IMG/VR virus record: IMGVR_UViG_3300024581_002845
From: a virus
DNA length: 64,000 nt
Strand: one strand, 5' to 3'
The translations under genes and the position numbers were made by a program. This document shows positions 48,605 through 58,639 of this stretch, piece after piece (the stretch's first letter is position 1; each line of letters opens with the position of its first letter). Under the pieces are notes generated by a model. The model saw only the letters and a list, made by a program, of their open reading frames with translations. It ran no database searches and was not told the origin of the DNA.

Positions 48605-49043
48605 TACCTATGTTTGGGTTTTGTTTTAATGTCTGTTTTGTGATCAAATCCTTGATTTTTGTTGTTGACCAATCGTGTGAACGAGTGGTGTAGATCACTT
48701 CAATATCTAAATCATCCCCTGTAAAGGATTTACCTATATAATCCTCACCCAAAATCCTAACTTGGGGTTTGAAGAACTTGATAAGGTCAAGTAGTTCCTC
48801 TTCTGTTTGGTATATGAACACCTCATCTATATATTTTATCGATGTTAGTGTTTTATACCTCTCATATATCGGAATTACAGGTTTATATTTTGATTTTCTG
48901 TGGAGTGATGGGTCTCTTTGTAAGAACACAATAAACCAATCACAATGTTGTTTTGCCGTTTCAAATGTATAGATGTAACCGGGGTGTAGAAGGTCAAAAT
49001 TACCCGCAGTAAATCCAATTTTCTTACCCTCGTACCTATTCAT
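48597..49043 (-). CDS. Cytidylyltransferase-like protein (TagD family) 2
   Basis: GNFDLLHPGY, YERY, RILGEDY, RSHDWSTT. Confidence 0.85.
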   Translation of the reverse strand: MNRYEGKKIGFTAGNFDLLHPGYIYTFETAKQHCDWFIVFLQRDPSLHRKSKYKPVIPIYERYKTLTSIKYIDEVFIYQTEEELLDLIKFFKPQVRILGEDYIGKSFTGDDLDIEVIYTTRSHDWSTTKIKDLITKQTLKQNPNIGNE

Positions 49044-49897
49044 TACTTTAAAACTTTAGACATATCCATTAATAGTATTTTTTGGATCACCTCCATTGGA
49101 ACTTTATATTCCTCAAAAGTCGAATCCTCTTTAACTAAGACAACGATAGACCCTAATAACTTTTTAGATGCGTATTCCGTACCCTCTAACATCTTTAATA
49201 GTAATTTACCATAGAATGGTAATTGTAGGTAGTAATGTCCAAGTGCGGTACTATCGATATTATCAAATGGTGGGTACATTTTCTTAGTATACCTCTGTTT
49301 TTTAAAATTTTCAGGTTTATTAGTTTTCCAATCAGTAATCAATATACCGTAATCAGTACCTTGTTTATTTTCAACTAACCAAACCTTGTCGGGTTGTCCC
49401 ACATAACCTAAATCGGGGTCACCTAATACTATTTCTGTATCAAGTAACACCGCATTTCTCTCGTGCATTAAATCAAGAAAGTCTTTACCCGCATCAATCA
49501 TGTTATTACTTCGAACAATCTGTTCTTCATCACATTCATATATGGGTTCCCTCACACTTTTATAATCCCCGTACTGAGAAATGAGTTCCTTCTCTAAAAT
49601 ATAATGTACTCGGCTACCTTGGTTGGTAGCATATGTACCTTTGTCTGCCCATTCTTTGAGTAATTCTTTTTGTTTTTGTTTATCACCTTTAGACATTCTA
49701 AGTGAGATACCTTCTGCATCGAACTCCTCGTAAAACTTCTTTATGATTTTAGATACTGATGGGTAATTGGATCTAATAATCCCATTCTCATCTCTCATAA
49801 AGTATAAATGGTCTTCTTCTATAAATGATAAATCAATATTTTTCCTTCTTTTATTAAGGATTTTTCTAATCTTCTCTGCTTCTTCTTTTAAATTCAT
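49043..49897 (-). CDS. PD-(D/E)XK (RecB/Cas4-like) exonuclease
   Basis: PSVSKI, GSRVH, TE, GQPD, DWKT, YYLQLPFY. Confidence 0.8.
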   Translation of the reverse strand: MNLKEEAEKIRKILNKRRKNIDLSFIEEDHLYFMRDENGIIRSNYPSVSKIIKKFYEEFDAEGISLRMSKGDKQKQKELLKEWADKGTYATNQGSRVHYILEKELISQYGDYKSVREPIYECDEEQIVRSNNMIDAGKDFLDLMHERNAVLLDTEIVLGDPDLGYVGQPDKVWLVENKQGTDYGILITDWKTNKPENFKKQRYTKKMYPPFDNIDSTALGHYYLQLPFYGKLLLKMLEGTEYASKKLLGSIVVLVKEDSTFEEYKVPMEVIQKILLMDMSKVLK

Positions 49898-50838
49898 TAA
49901 TCAAGTTGTATTTCTTCGTATCCACTTAAATTACCTCTCAAATCCGCAATATCGGAGTTACCTTCGATTTTGATTGTCCAAACCTTACCCATTAGTTTAC
50001 CCACATTCATTCTATGAAAGAGTTTCACACTGTCAACCCACGCATCACTGTCTAAAACGATAACCACCTTTTTTGCGTTATCGTAGACCTTTTCGAATAA
50101 ATTGTCTGTAATGAACTTACCTAACATGGGAACTGAGTTTTCTAAAAAAATACTATCAAAAACACCCTCCACTAAGTAAATTGGTTTGTCCCAATCAATC
50201 ATATGTTCGTTCCAAATCAAAGTATTTTTATCCGCTTGGGGATTCATGTACTTTCTCTTACTATAATTAAGGTAAGATCTTGCAACGAAGTAATTCAAGT
50301 CATCGTATTCATCATACGACGGTATAATTATTCTATTTTCATAAAGACCCTCATCACAATAACCGATATTGAACTTTTTAATCATTTCATCGGTTATATT
50401 TCTCGATCTGAGGTATTTGTATGCTTGTTTATATTTGTGTGTTAGTTTTCTACCGTATGATACGTCCGAAAAAGGGATGAATTCTTTTGGTAACCTAACT
50501 TTCTTATATGAACCCGTTGATCTTGATACAAATTCATCAGGTGTATACAGTTTAAAATCCCTTATTTGTGTTGGATTCCCATATTTAAAGACAAGTTTAT
50601 TAAGGTGTCCATGTGTGTAGTGTGATTCCGCACACACCCAACACTTATAAACAAACATTTTATAATTTATTTCTAAATTACCTTTACCGTCACCTTCGTC
50701 TAAGTCCTTTATATCATAAGAACAAACAGGACAATCGAAAGTAATCTGACCCCTCACGTCGTTATGTGACCTACTCTCACCAAATATATCGTGGAGTACA
50801 TCTACTAACGGTATAAAATCTACTTCTTGGGTCATCAT
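49897..50838 (-). CDS. DNA primase (Zn finger plus Toprim)
   Basis: CPVC..CWVC, YLRSRNI, IIIP, YFVARS, LVEGVFD, LDSD; start reassigned to MMTQEV. Confidence 0.88.
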   Translation of the reverse strand: MMTQEVDFIPLVDVLHDIFGESRSHNDVRGQITFDCPVCSYDIKDLDEGDGKGNLEINYKMFVYKCWVCAESHYTHGHLNKLVFKYGNPTQIRDFKLYTPDEFVSRSTGSYKKVRLPKEFIPFSDVSYGRKLTHKYKQAYKYLRSRNITDEMIKKFNIGYCDEGLYENRIIIPSYDEYDDLNYFVARSYLNYSKRKYMNPQADKNTLIWNEHMIDWDKPIYLVEGVFDSIFLENSVPMLGKFITDNLFEKVYDNAKKVVIVLDSDAWVDSVKLFHRMNVGKLMGKVWTIKIEGNSDIADLRGNLSGYEEIQLD

Positions 50839-50865
50839 ATATAAAATATACGAAAAATTTTTGAC

Positions 50866-50901
50866 AAAAAAAAGTCCCCGAGAACACCACTCCTCGGGGA
50901 C
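50866..50901 (-). terminator. Strong intrinsic terminator within the primase leader
   Basis: GTCCCCGAG/CTCGGGGAC perfect 9-bp stem followed by U8. Confidence 0.8.
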
Positions 50902-50951
50902 AACCAACCAACGTATAAGAAATACATCTTATACGCCCCGTCCTGTAATAA

Positions 50952-50980
50952 AATATAAGAAATTAAAAAGAGAAAGTAAA
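50952..50980 (-). promoter_or_regulatory. Class I promoter TTTACT-N17-TATATT
   Basis: Exact 17-nt spacer; reads into the structured leader. Confidence 0.55.
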
Positions 50981-50989
50981 GTACTTGAT

Positions 50990-51595
50990 CTACTTTTCTT
51001 CAGACTTTATTTTATTAACATATCCAATTACCGCCGTTGCGGCATCGCTCATATCGTAATTCTCTTTTTTGAGATTACCCGTTCTTGCATGTAACCATTC
51101 AACTTCGGGGAATAGGTCATTAACGTGTTCCCATATAACATGTTTCTTATCTATGTCTTTAGGGTATCCACCAAATAATACTCTTCTCCCTTTGGCATTT
51201 TCTCCAACTAAATCGGGGAATGCAAACTTACGTGCGTTATATGTTGAGATGAATGTTGGGACAATCCCTAACACATCAAAACATGACTTCAATACCATAC
51301 TATTATATCTTAATAGGGTACCTACCGTATAAACATTATTCGAATTTAATAGGGGTTCCTCAATAATGACTTTGGTAATACCCATATCCTTATAATTCTC
51401 CAAGTGTTTTCTAAACCCATCCGCCTTTTTGAGGAGTTCTTCTATTTTATCCTCAGGTTTGGGTTTTATTTTAGGTGAGAAATGAGTCAATTCTAACAAA
51501 TGTGAGGCAGTAATATCAAATAACGCCCATCCAATTGTTTTGGTTGATATATCTAAACCCAAAATCTTTGGTTTATTTTTAAATTTCTTGTCCAT
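50990..51595 (-). CDS. RuvC-like Holliday junction resolvase
   Basis: ILGLDISTKTIGWA, IIEE, DMSDA; TTTACT-N17-TATTAA upstream. Confidence 0.75.
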   Translation of the reverse strand: MDKKFKNKPKILGLDISTKTIGWALFDITASHLLELTHFSPKIKPKPEDKIEELLKKADGFRKHLENYKDMGITKVIIEEPLLNSNNVYTVGTLLRYNSMVLKSCFDVLGIVPTFISTYNARKFAFPDLVGENAKGRRVLFGGYPKDIDKKHVIWEHVNDLFPEVEWLHARTGNLKKENYDMSDAATAVIGYVNKIKSEEK

Positions 51596-51643
51596 ATAAA
51601 GTTATATGGTAATTAATAAGGAATTTTTTGGTGGAAGTAAAGA

Positions 51644-53935
51644 TTAAAAATCTATTTTAATAGAAAATACTTGAGTTCCGACACGTTTTACGGGTGAGGA
51701 TGTTTTAGCATTAACTAAAATTTCTTTGTTTTGATCCAATAGTGCAACCTCAGTAACGTATTTGTCATTGACCCTCGCAGCATTACTGTAGGTTGGGTTC
51801 TGTGTTTGATTCCATTGGCTATGTGGTAAGTTTACTAAAAATCTCATCTCCTCGATATCAGTACATCTAACTAATTTTATCGATCCGGGGAACGTTTGTT
51901 CATCACCAAACTGTGGTTCGTTTGTAGATGTTTCTGTACCTAAGTATTCGTTATCTGTTGATGTATTTACTACGTGATCTTCGAAGTCAAACAACGATCC
52001 GTTGTCAATATCTGCACCTGTAATAATAAAACTATTTTCTCTTAAGTTAGTTGGGTTAATTAAATTACCGACCGTGTGGTTTGGGATCATTGATGTGATA
52101 TCTATCTTGGTCCATTGTGATGGATCAGGTAATTTATCGTCGTATTCCGTTGTTTCCTGTACAAGAACATAAAGTCTATCAGCAATATACCCTTGGGTTA
52201 CGTCTGTGAATGATGTTTTTAAGTGTTGGAACGATCCTATTCCGTTCGGATGGTCAACCCCTCCCCATTTTATTGCGATGTTTGCGGGATAATTAATTTC
52301 ACACTCACCCTCTACCACATTAACCTGTACTTTACTAAAGTTATTACATGGAAGACCATTTAATTGAGTGTCTCCACTATATTCTAACATATATGAAATC
52401 CAATAGGTTTGACTTGTGGATCCACTAAATGCAGCATCCGCTATTGCACCGTCACTTGGTACATGATAAACTTTAGGTGTTGGTAATGTATGTCTTCTAT
52501 TACTTCTGTAATCTAATAATGCAACCATTTCTTGATCATCAAAAACAATCACTTTTTTATCTACGAAGACTTTACCCACCTTCTCACCTATCTCATCTAA
52601 TAGGTATCTATATTTAATATATTTCGTTCTAATATCACCGGGTCTACCCGCCACTGTAGAATCTAAGTAATAGTCAGTGGTATCCATTTTAAACTCAGCA
52701 CCAATCGTGGTTCCTGTACCATTCTCATAATAGATGTATGGTATATAGACATTAAAGAATTCAACGTCTGTTACAATATCTTCATCGACAAGTACTCCAT
52801 CGGTAGTTGAACTACCTATGTAATCATCGTATTTAAAAAATCTATCAGGATCATCATATATGTGACCTAACTGTGAGTAATGAATTACCGCAATACATTT
52901 TTGTTCTTCAGGAGAGACTGTTATTGTTTCCCCATATGAATTTGTGTACGTTGTTCCCGTATTGGTAACTTGACCTTCTGATGTTCCGTATCCAAGATAT
53001 TCTTTTGTGGATATGTGTTTAGCACTTGTAAAACCACTAATACTTTCATCTGTACCATTCACGTCAGAACCAATTGGTTTTTCACTCCACACGACGTTTA
53101 AACTCCATGGATCGTGTTGTTCACTTGGGTCTACTTGATTAGATACACAAGCATCCGACACTTCTAAATTCAAAGGGTTTTCAATTCTACAATCATTTTT
53201 AATAACTTGAGCAAACCCCGAAATAGATGATAGGTCAGGTGTTGATCTATCTAAATATAGTGTTGTTTGACCCGTAATTACCTCATCACAATTTGGTGTT
53301 GTTGTACTACCTGTAACTGTTGTTGATCCCGTAACTCTATAAACTAAACTCATTGAGTTACCTGAAATGACTTGGTCTTCATTTAATAATTCATTTCCAA
53401 ATGCCACTGTTATGTATTCAGTATCATTAAAACTATGTAGGAGTAGTAAATCTGTATCTGTTTGAGTAACTCCACTACATGTACCATAGTTAATGGTCTC
53501 TGTAAATGTGATAGTATTGGTACCTGTAAAACCTGACAGTGGTAATCTAACACTTGTACATTCTATAGTAGTTCCCGAACATTCCGCGGCATCATATTCT
53601 TTATACTCTGTAACAAATCCCGCGGGACCCATTCCATTCCTAATCGTTGTTGTTATAGAGTCCATAATTGGAACACCGTAGGTTGTTGAATCAGAATCGA
53701 TTGTTAATTTATATGGGTATTTTACTTGGGAGTCTTTATCAAAAGGCGCAAATACATTTTGTTGTGGAGTATCCTGTACACCATCTAAAGAATTAAATGG
53801 GACAGTATAGTCAAATTCAGAATCCCCTACTTGGAAAAATTTAATTTGAAAGTTTCCCTCTGCAATGGATTTTCTACCCTTTTGGGTTAATCTTGCTGAG
53901 AGAAATTCTGCATTATTTTGACTTAGGAAACTCAT
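51644..53935 (-). CDS. Large virion (baseplate/tail-collar-like) protein
   Basis: N-term LTQKGRKSIAEG..FQVGDSE and C-term YVTEVALLD resemble tail-collar fibre motifs; TATTTATT variant upstream. Confidence 0.6.
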   Translation of the reverse strand: MSFLSQNNAEFLSARLTQKGRKSIAEGNFQIKFFQVGDSEFDYTVPFNSLDGVQDTPQQNVFAPFDKDSQVKYPYKLTIDSDSTTYGVPIMDSITTTIRNGMGPAGFVTEYKEYDAAECSGTTIECTSVRLPLSGFTGTNTITFTETINYGTCSGVTQTDTDLLLLHSFNDTEYITVAFGNELLNEDQVISGNSMSLVYRVTGSTTVTGSTTTPNCDEVITGQTTLYLDRSTPDLSSISGFAQVIKNDCRIENPLNLEVSDACVSNQVDPSEQHDPWSLNVVWSEKPIGSDVNGTDESISGFTSAKHISTKEYLGYGTSEGQVTNTGTTYTNSYGETITVSPEEQKCIAVIHYSQLGHIYDDPDRFFKYDDYIGSSTTDGVLVDEDIVTDVEFFNVYIPYIYYENGTGTTIGAEFKMDTTDYYLDSTVAGRPGDIRTKYIKYRYLLDEIGEKVGKVFVDKKVIVFDDQEMVALLDYRSNRRHTLPTPKVYHVPSDGAIADAAFSGSTSQTYWISYMLEYSGDTQLNGLPCNNFSKVQVNVVEGECEINYPANIAIKWGGVDHPNGIGSFQHLKTSFTDVTQGYIADRLYVLVQETTEYDDKLPDPSQWTKIDITSMIPNHTVGNLINPTNLRENSFIITGADIDNGSLFDFEDHVVNTSTDNEYLGTETSTNEPQFGDEQTFPGSIKLVRCTDIEEMRFLVNLPHSQWNQTQNPTYSNAARVNDKYVTEVALLDQNKEILVNAKTSSPVKRVGTQVFSIKIDF

Positions 53936-53985
53936 ACTTAAAATATATCTGTTTTAATCTTATTAATAAATATCAAATTATAAAT

Positions 53986-54831
53986 TTATTGTTGACAATG
54001 TAAGAAATCACTACAACCATCAACTACTGCTTCCCTCGATATATAGGCAGTCTCACTATCAACCGCCGCTTGGTAATTTATATCTATTATGGTTCCACAA
54101 TACGTTGCACTGCCACAACCCGCACTTGCGTATATAAATTGTACAACATCCCCAACACTGTAGGAACTGATAGGTAAAATAAAATTACCCCCTTGACATT
54201 GCATATCTTGAGGTGCGTGGAAATCAAATCCATTTACACAGTCTTGGATTCTATAATATGATTCCTGTGGATTTAATGTTCTTGTTGGTGTATTTGTTGG
54301 TTCTAATGTTGGTAGTGGTGTTGCACTATCGGTTGGGTTCGGTGTTGGTTCGTTTGTTGGATTTGGAGTTGGTTCGTTTGTTGGATTAGGTGTTCCTTGT
54401 GGTGTTGATGTGGGGTTTGCTGTTTTTTCAGGTGTAGGTTGAGGAGTTGCATTAGGTGTTGATGTTGGTGCATTCGTTGGTAAAATAGTTGGTGTTGGAT
54501 TAGGTGTTGGGTTTGGTGTTGCAGTAGGTTGTGGTGGAACGTGTTCCATAAAAGATACACATAGATCACAATCAACTCTCGGAGATTCGATATATATATC
54601 TTGTTCGTGACACCCATCACTCTGTAATCTTATACCGAAGGATAATAATTCATCATCAACATAAAATTCAAGAGGTGAAGTGTTTACTTCAGGAAATGTC
54701 AATACAGGTTCTTCAGTGAACCCCCAATTACTTGTGTCCCCACTTGTGGTTCCTGTATATACATTAACAGGAAAATCACTAATACTGTGATTAGGGTCTG
54801 TACTTAAACCTATTCTAATTAACTTACTCAT
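53986..54831 (-). CDS. Mucin-like Pro/Thr stalk protein with C-terminal Cys-rich domain
   Basis: ~95-aa PT tract; C-term DC..C..VGDVVQF..C..ATYCG..DGC..C. Confidence 0.75.
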   Translation of the reverse strand: MSKLIRIGLSTDPNHSISDFPVNVYTGTTSGDTSNWGFTEEPVLTFPEVNTSPLEFYVDDELLSFGIRLQSDGCHEQDIYIESPRVDCDLCVSFMEHVPPQPTATPNPTPNPTPTILPTNAPTSTPNATPQPTPEKTANPTSTPQGTPNPTNEPTPNPTNEPTPNPTDSATPLPTLEPTNTPTRTLNPQESYYRIQDCVNGFDFHAPQDMQCQGGNFILPISSYSVGDVVQFIYASAGCGSATYCGTIIDINYQAAVDSETAYISREAVVDGCSDFLHCQQ

Positions 54832-54834
54832 CTA

Positions 54835-56010
54835 TTAACAACTTGGAACGTTATATCCTAAATTATTCATTGCACTAACTATTAAATCGGCATAGTATTG
54901 TGGGGTAGATCCCGCGATTACATCTTGGACACCCGAGACTTCATTCTTGTCACTCAATCCCGAAGTACCTGCATAATACCCAAGACCATTAAATACCGCA
55001 TTTATGAAATTTTGGTACTGTGGGTAGATATCCTGTCCACCTGATAATGTATCTACTTGGAAAATTATACCTCTATGGGATGTTGGTGTTGTTGCATTAT
55101 CCAATTCGTTTCTAAGTTGTGCAATATCCGCATCACCACTTACACTACCATCGGTCCACCCACTCACAGTTATTCTTTCCGCTTCATATCTATTATTACT
55201 TTCATCAGCAAAGGCCAAGTTCACCACATTATACGAAGGATTTGATGGTGGAGTTGCAATCCATTGAATTGCCCTTTCATCATTTTTATTAGTAATCGTT
55301 ACTCTTTGATTATATAAACTCACATCGTTATTATAGAATGGTAATAAACAGTTCTGTAGTATGTTATCCCTCATATTAACAAGTGGGGATAATGTTGTAT
55401 TCATCGAACCTGAACTATCAAAGAATATATTAATCTCAGTTTCCGTATTAATTAAAATCGTGGGTGTTGGTGTTGGTGATGGTTGTACTGTTGATTGTGG
55501 TGTTGCCGTTGGGAATTGTGTTGGTGTGGGGTTCGGTGTTGCAAATGGTGTTGCTGTTGGTGGTGCGGTAATCTCTAATGTGGGGTATGGTGTTGGAGTT
55601 GGACATGTGTCAGGGTCATAAACCACTTCAAAAGATATTCTATCATAACACTCAAAGGTCTTAGAATCATTTATATATATATTTTCAACTATATATCTTG
55701 GTGTATTATCACCATCACATAGACTAATCACATTAACATTATCTTCTAATTTCAACCAATACTGAGTGTCAAACTCGATGTCATGAAAAACAATTTCAGA
55801 AGGTTGTGGTGTTCCATTTGTTATTAATGGATCATTATCTCCAATGTATATGGGATAATCTCTATAATTTCTCGCATTTGATGATGGCCAAGAACCATTT
55901 GCGGTATTTGGGTTGTTCAAAGGTGTGAATGGTCCATAAGGAGATAACCCAATACTTAAATCAAAGTTATTAGGTGATTCAATATCATAAACACGAATTA
56001 ATAGTCCCAT
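54835..56010 (-). CDS. Pro/Thr stalk protein with C-terminal vWA-like domain
   Basis: PT tract followed by INIFFDSSGSM (MIDAS DxSxS); TATTTATA at 56017-56024. Confidence 0.7.
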   Translation of the reverse strand: MGLLIRVYDIESPNNFDLSIGLSPYGPFTPLNNPNTANGSWPSSNARNYRDYPIYIGDNDPLITNGTPQPSEIVFHDIEFDTQYWLKLEDNVNVISLCDGDNTPRYIVENIYINDSKTFECYDRISFEVVYDPDTCPTPTPYPTLEITAPPTATPFATPNPTPTQFPTATPQSTVQPSPTPTPTILINTETEINIFFDSSGSMNTTLSPLVNMRDNILQNCLLPFYNNDVSLYNQRVTITNKNDERAIQWIATPPSNPSYNVVNLAFADESNNRYEAERITVSGWTDGSVSGDADIAQLRNELDNATTPTSHRGIIFQVDTLSGGQDIYPQYQNFINAVFNGLGYYAGTSGLSDKNEVSGVQDVIAGSTPQYYADLIVSAMNNLGYNVPSC

Positions 56011-56053
56011 ACTTCATATAAATACTTACGAATAGACTTTATATATAAAACAA

Positions 56054-56497
56054 TTAAGATAAAAGGTTAATGTATTTTAAGATCTTTTCTTTAAATTGTC
56101 CATGGTAATCGTATTTATCAAAATCATAGTTTTCTAAAATGTTTTTGTAATGATTTAAGTAACTATCCTTACTTCTAATTTTAATCTCTTGATCATTAAT
56201 TGTTTTAGTGATGTAGTTAGGGTAATTCATATCCAAATACACATCAATGAACTCTCTATTGGGCATCGTAATAAACATTCTTTTCTTTTCTCTAAAGGGT
56301 GTTCTCTCACCATTTTCATTTATTTCATACTCCCCCAAAGATTTTAGTTTATTAAAAACCTCTTCATCTATAACAATAATGTCAACTTCTCTTTTTCTTG
56401 ATTTTATATCAATTCCATGATGAATCATTGATCTTGACCCTACAAGGACAAAATCACCCCCAATTAAATCGTATATTTCTTTAATTAAATGATCCAT
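56054..56497 (-). CDS. Putative nucleotidyltransferase-fold protein
   Basis: LVGSRSM..EVDII..IDVY resembles the GS/DxD/D pattern; start MDHLIKE. Confidence 0.45.
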   Translation of the reverse strand: MDHLIKEIYDLIGGDFVLVGSRSMIHHGIDIKSRKREVDIIVIDEEVFNKLKSLGEYEINENGERTPFREKKRMFITMPNREFIDVYLDMNYPNYITKTINDQEIKIRSKDSYLNHYKNILENYDFDKYDYHGQFKEKILKYINLLS

Positions 56498-56522
56498 AAA
56501 AAAAACCCTCAATGAGGGTTTT
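56498..56522 (-). terminator. Intrinsic terminator
   Basis: AAAACCCTC-AAT-GAGGGTTTT with A8/U8 tract. Confidence 0.7.
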
Positions 56523-56527
56523 AATTT

Positions 56528-58585
56528 TTATTGTGGTGTTGATGTTGGTTCAATACCTTCATTGAGTTGGTTTCCTCCACCACCATCACCTGAACAATCG
56601 ATTTGACCGATATCAGTAACTTGTCCATTAATATCAATCACTATGTACCGTGGTCCTATTACTTGTGTAGAACTCGCATTTTGTTGTTCGCTTACAAAGT
56701 AATATCTCGATGGGTTACCCGGATATGGGTTACCTGAACTATTGTAAACCGTAGTACCTACCAATAAGTTGATACTTGATGCACTTGATGTTATCAATGT
56801 ACCCGCCAAGAAACTTTCACAGAAATCACTTACCGCGAATCTTGCAGTAGAGATATAGAAGTTATTTTGTGTCAGTGTTTGTGTAGGTTCCGGTGTTGCT
56901 GGTGGTGTGTTCGTTGGTGCCGGAGTAGTTCCTGTCGAACATGGACCTTCAGCCGTAACATCTGTTGTGTTTTGAGCCGAAACCGTACCTGTTTGTGCAC
57001 AGAACGTACCATATCCTCCCGGAGGGAAACTAAATGATGCTGGATTACCACTACAATCTGTGTAAATTATCGTTCTATCGGGGTCACCGAATGAACCTGA
57101 ATCACTGTAGCTGTATTCCGTACATGATACCGCCGCTGTTGGAGATGCAGTTGGGTTAGGGGTTGCTTGTGGTGTAGACGTAGGTCCTACTCCACCACCT
57201 GATGTACAATCACCCTCTAATGATATGTTAGTTGTACCGAATACTGCTGATGCCGATCCTTGTTCTGCACAGAATATACCATATCCTCCCGGTGGGAAAC
57301 TAAATGATTGTGTATTACCCTCACAATCAGTGTAATTTATCATTCTATCAGGAACACCGGCCGATGCTGAATCGTCGTAACTATATTCCACACAGACAAG
57401 TGCCTCGGTTGGAGTTGGTGTTAGTGTTGGTTCAAGAGTTGGTGTTGCCGTTGGTGGTTGCCACACACATGGTGCTGTTGTACACACACCTCCTTGTGGT
57501 AATAAGTTTACATCAACAGGGTATACCGATGTTGTATTACTAAATGAATCCCAATATTGAGGTGTGATTGTTGAACACACACCGAAGATTTGTGATGTAC
57601 CCGTATCAAACGACATCATCTGATTAAAAGTAGATTGTTCTATACCATTCACAGGGTGGTTCCATCTAAGACCGAATCTCTCAGTATCAAATGGAGCATC
57701 ATTACCCACCTCAACAAATTCACAATATCCAACAGGTGTTAATGTTGGTGTTGATGTTGCAGTTGGTGTTGGTGTTTCGGTTGGTTCGGGGTCAAAGACA
57801 CAATCAGTATCCTTAAGACAAACACCTCCATTACCTAAATCTACAGTTAATATACCATCAATAGGTGTTACTGTATTACTTTGTTGATCCCAAACACTTG
57901 GTGTTAACGTACTACATACAGAAACAACAGATCCTTCCATGTTGTTGTAGGTGTAAGGAACGCTAAGCATACTATTAAACGCCTGATTAGTTAATCCATT
58001 TTCAGGGTTATTCCATCTAAGTCCTGTTCTTGCACTATCAACTTCGGGTGATACCCAAATGTTGAAACACGTACCGCTTATTTGTTCGGTTGGTGAAGGT
58101 GTCGGTGTTGGTGGTAGTGTTACGGTTGTACTCGGAGTTGGTGTTGGTGTATCCGCAGTTGGGCTTGGTGTTGGTGTTAATGTTTCAGTTAACGATGGTG
58201 TTGGTGTTGGTGTGTTTGGTGTTTCAGTTACAGTAACGGATGGTGTTGGTGTTAATGTTTCAGTTAACGATGGTGTTGGTGTTGGATCATTAGTTGCGGT
58301 TGGGAACGGTGTTGATGTTGGGTTCGCAGTTAACGGATATTCAACAAAATATGTTGGACAATCCGATTGTACTAATGGGTTGGTATTAACTAAAAAGACA
58401 CTCGTGGCATTATCAGGTACACTAACTAAAACACCATTTTGAACCTGTGTTAATGTTAGGTTTTCCGCCAAATCCGAGGTACCGTATATGGTAGCAATGT
58501 TATTACTATCAATTGATGTGTGATAAATCGTGTATGGTCCTGAGTTCGTTCCTGATGTTAACGTGACCGTAAAATGTCTTGCCAT
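56528..58585 (-). CDS. Multi-module mucin-like virion protein (PT linkers plus duplicated Cys-rich domains)
   Basis: Two GLRWN..VCST.TP..WD..GGVC and two [23 protein letters not shown] modules; TATTTATA at 58607-58614. Confidence 0.8.
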   Translation of the reverse strand: MARHFTVTLTSGTNSGPYTIYHTSIDSNNIATIYGTSDLAENLTLTQVQNGVLVSVPDNATSVFLVNTNPLVQSDCPTYFVEYPLTANPTSTPFPTATNDPTPTPSLTETLTPTPSVTVTETPNTPTPTPSLTETLTPTPSPTADTPTPTPSTTVTLPPTPTPSPTEQISGTCFNIWVSPEVDSARTGLRWNNPENGLTNQAFNSMLSVPYTYNNMEGSVVSVCSTLTPSVWDQQSNTVTPIDGILTVDLGNGGVCLKDTDCVFDPEPTETPTPTATSTPTLTPVGYCEFVEVGNDAPFDTERFGLRWNHPVNGIEQSTFNQMMSFDTGTSQIFGVCSTITPQYWDSFSNTTSVYPVDVNLLPQGGVCTTAPCVWQPPTATPTLEPTLTPTPTEALVCVEYSYDDSASAGVPDRMINYTDCEGNTQSFSFPPGGYGIFCAEQGSASAVFGTTNISLEGDCTSGGGVGPTSTPQATPNPTASPTAAVSCTEYSYSDSGSFGDPDRTIIYTDCSGNPASFSFPPGGYGTFCAQTGTVSAQNTTDVTAEGPCSTGTTPAPTNTPPATPEPTQTLTQNNFYISTARFAVSDFCESFLAGTLITSSASSINLLVGTTVYNSSGNPYPGNPSRYYFVSEQQNASSTQVIGPRYIVIDINGQVTDIGQIDCSGDGGGGNQLNEGIEPTSTPQ

Positions 58586-58639
58586 GTTCTTTTTTTTTAT
58601 ATACTTTATAAATATCGTAGAATTACAAAATGTCCTGAT

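Noticed and set aside
49043-49897. Cas4 / CRISPR association
   Set aside because: The Cas4 Fe-S Cys cluster is lacking and there are no cas genes or arrays; it is an ordinary phage PD-(D/E)XK exonuclease.
50839-50907. Track start MVVPEEWCSRG for the primase
   Set aside because: The extension runs through a terminator hairpin and U-tract; MMTQEV at 50838 is the plausible start.
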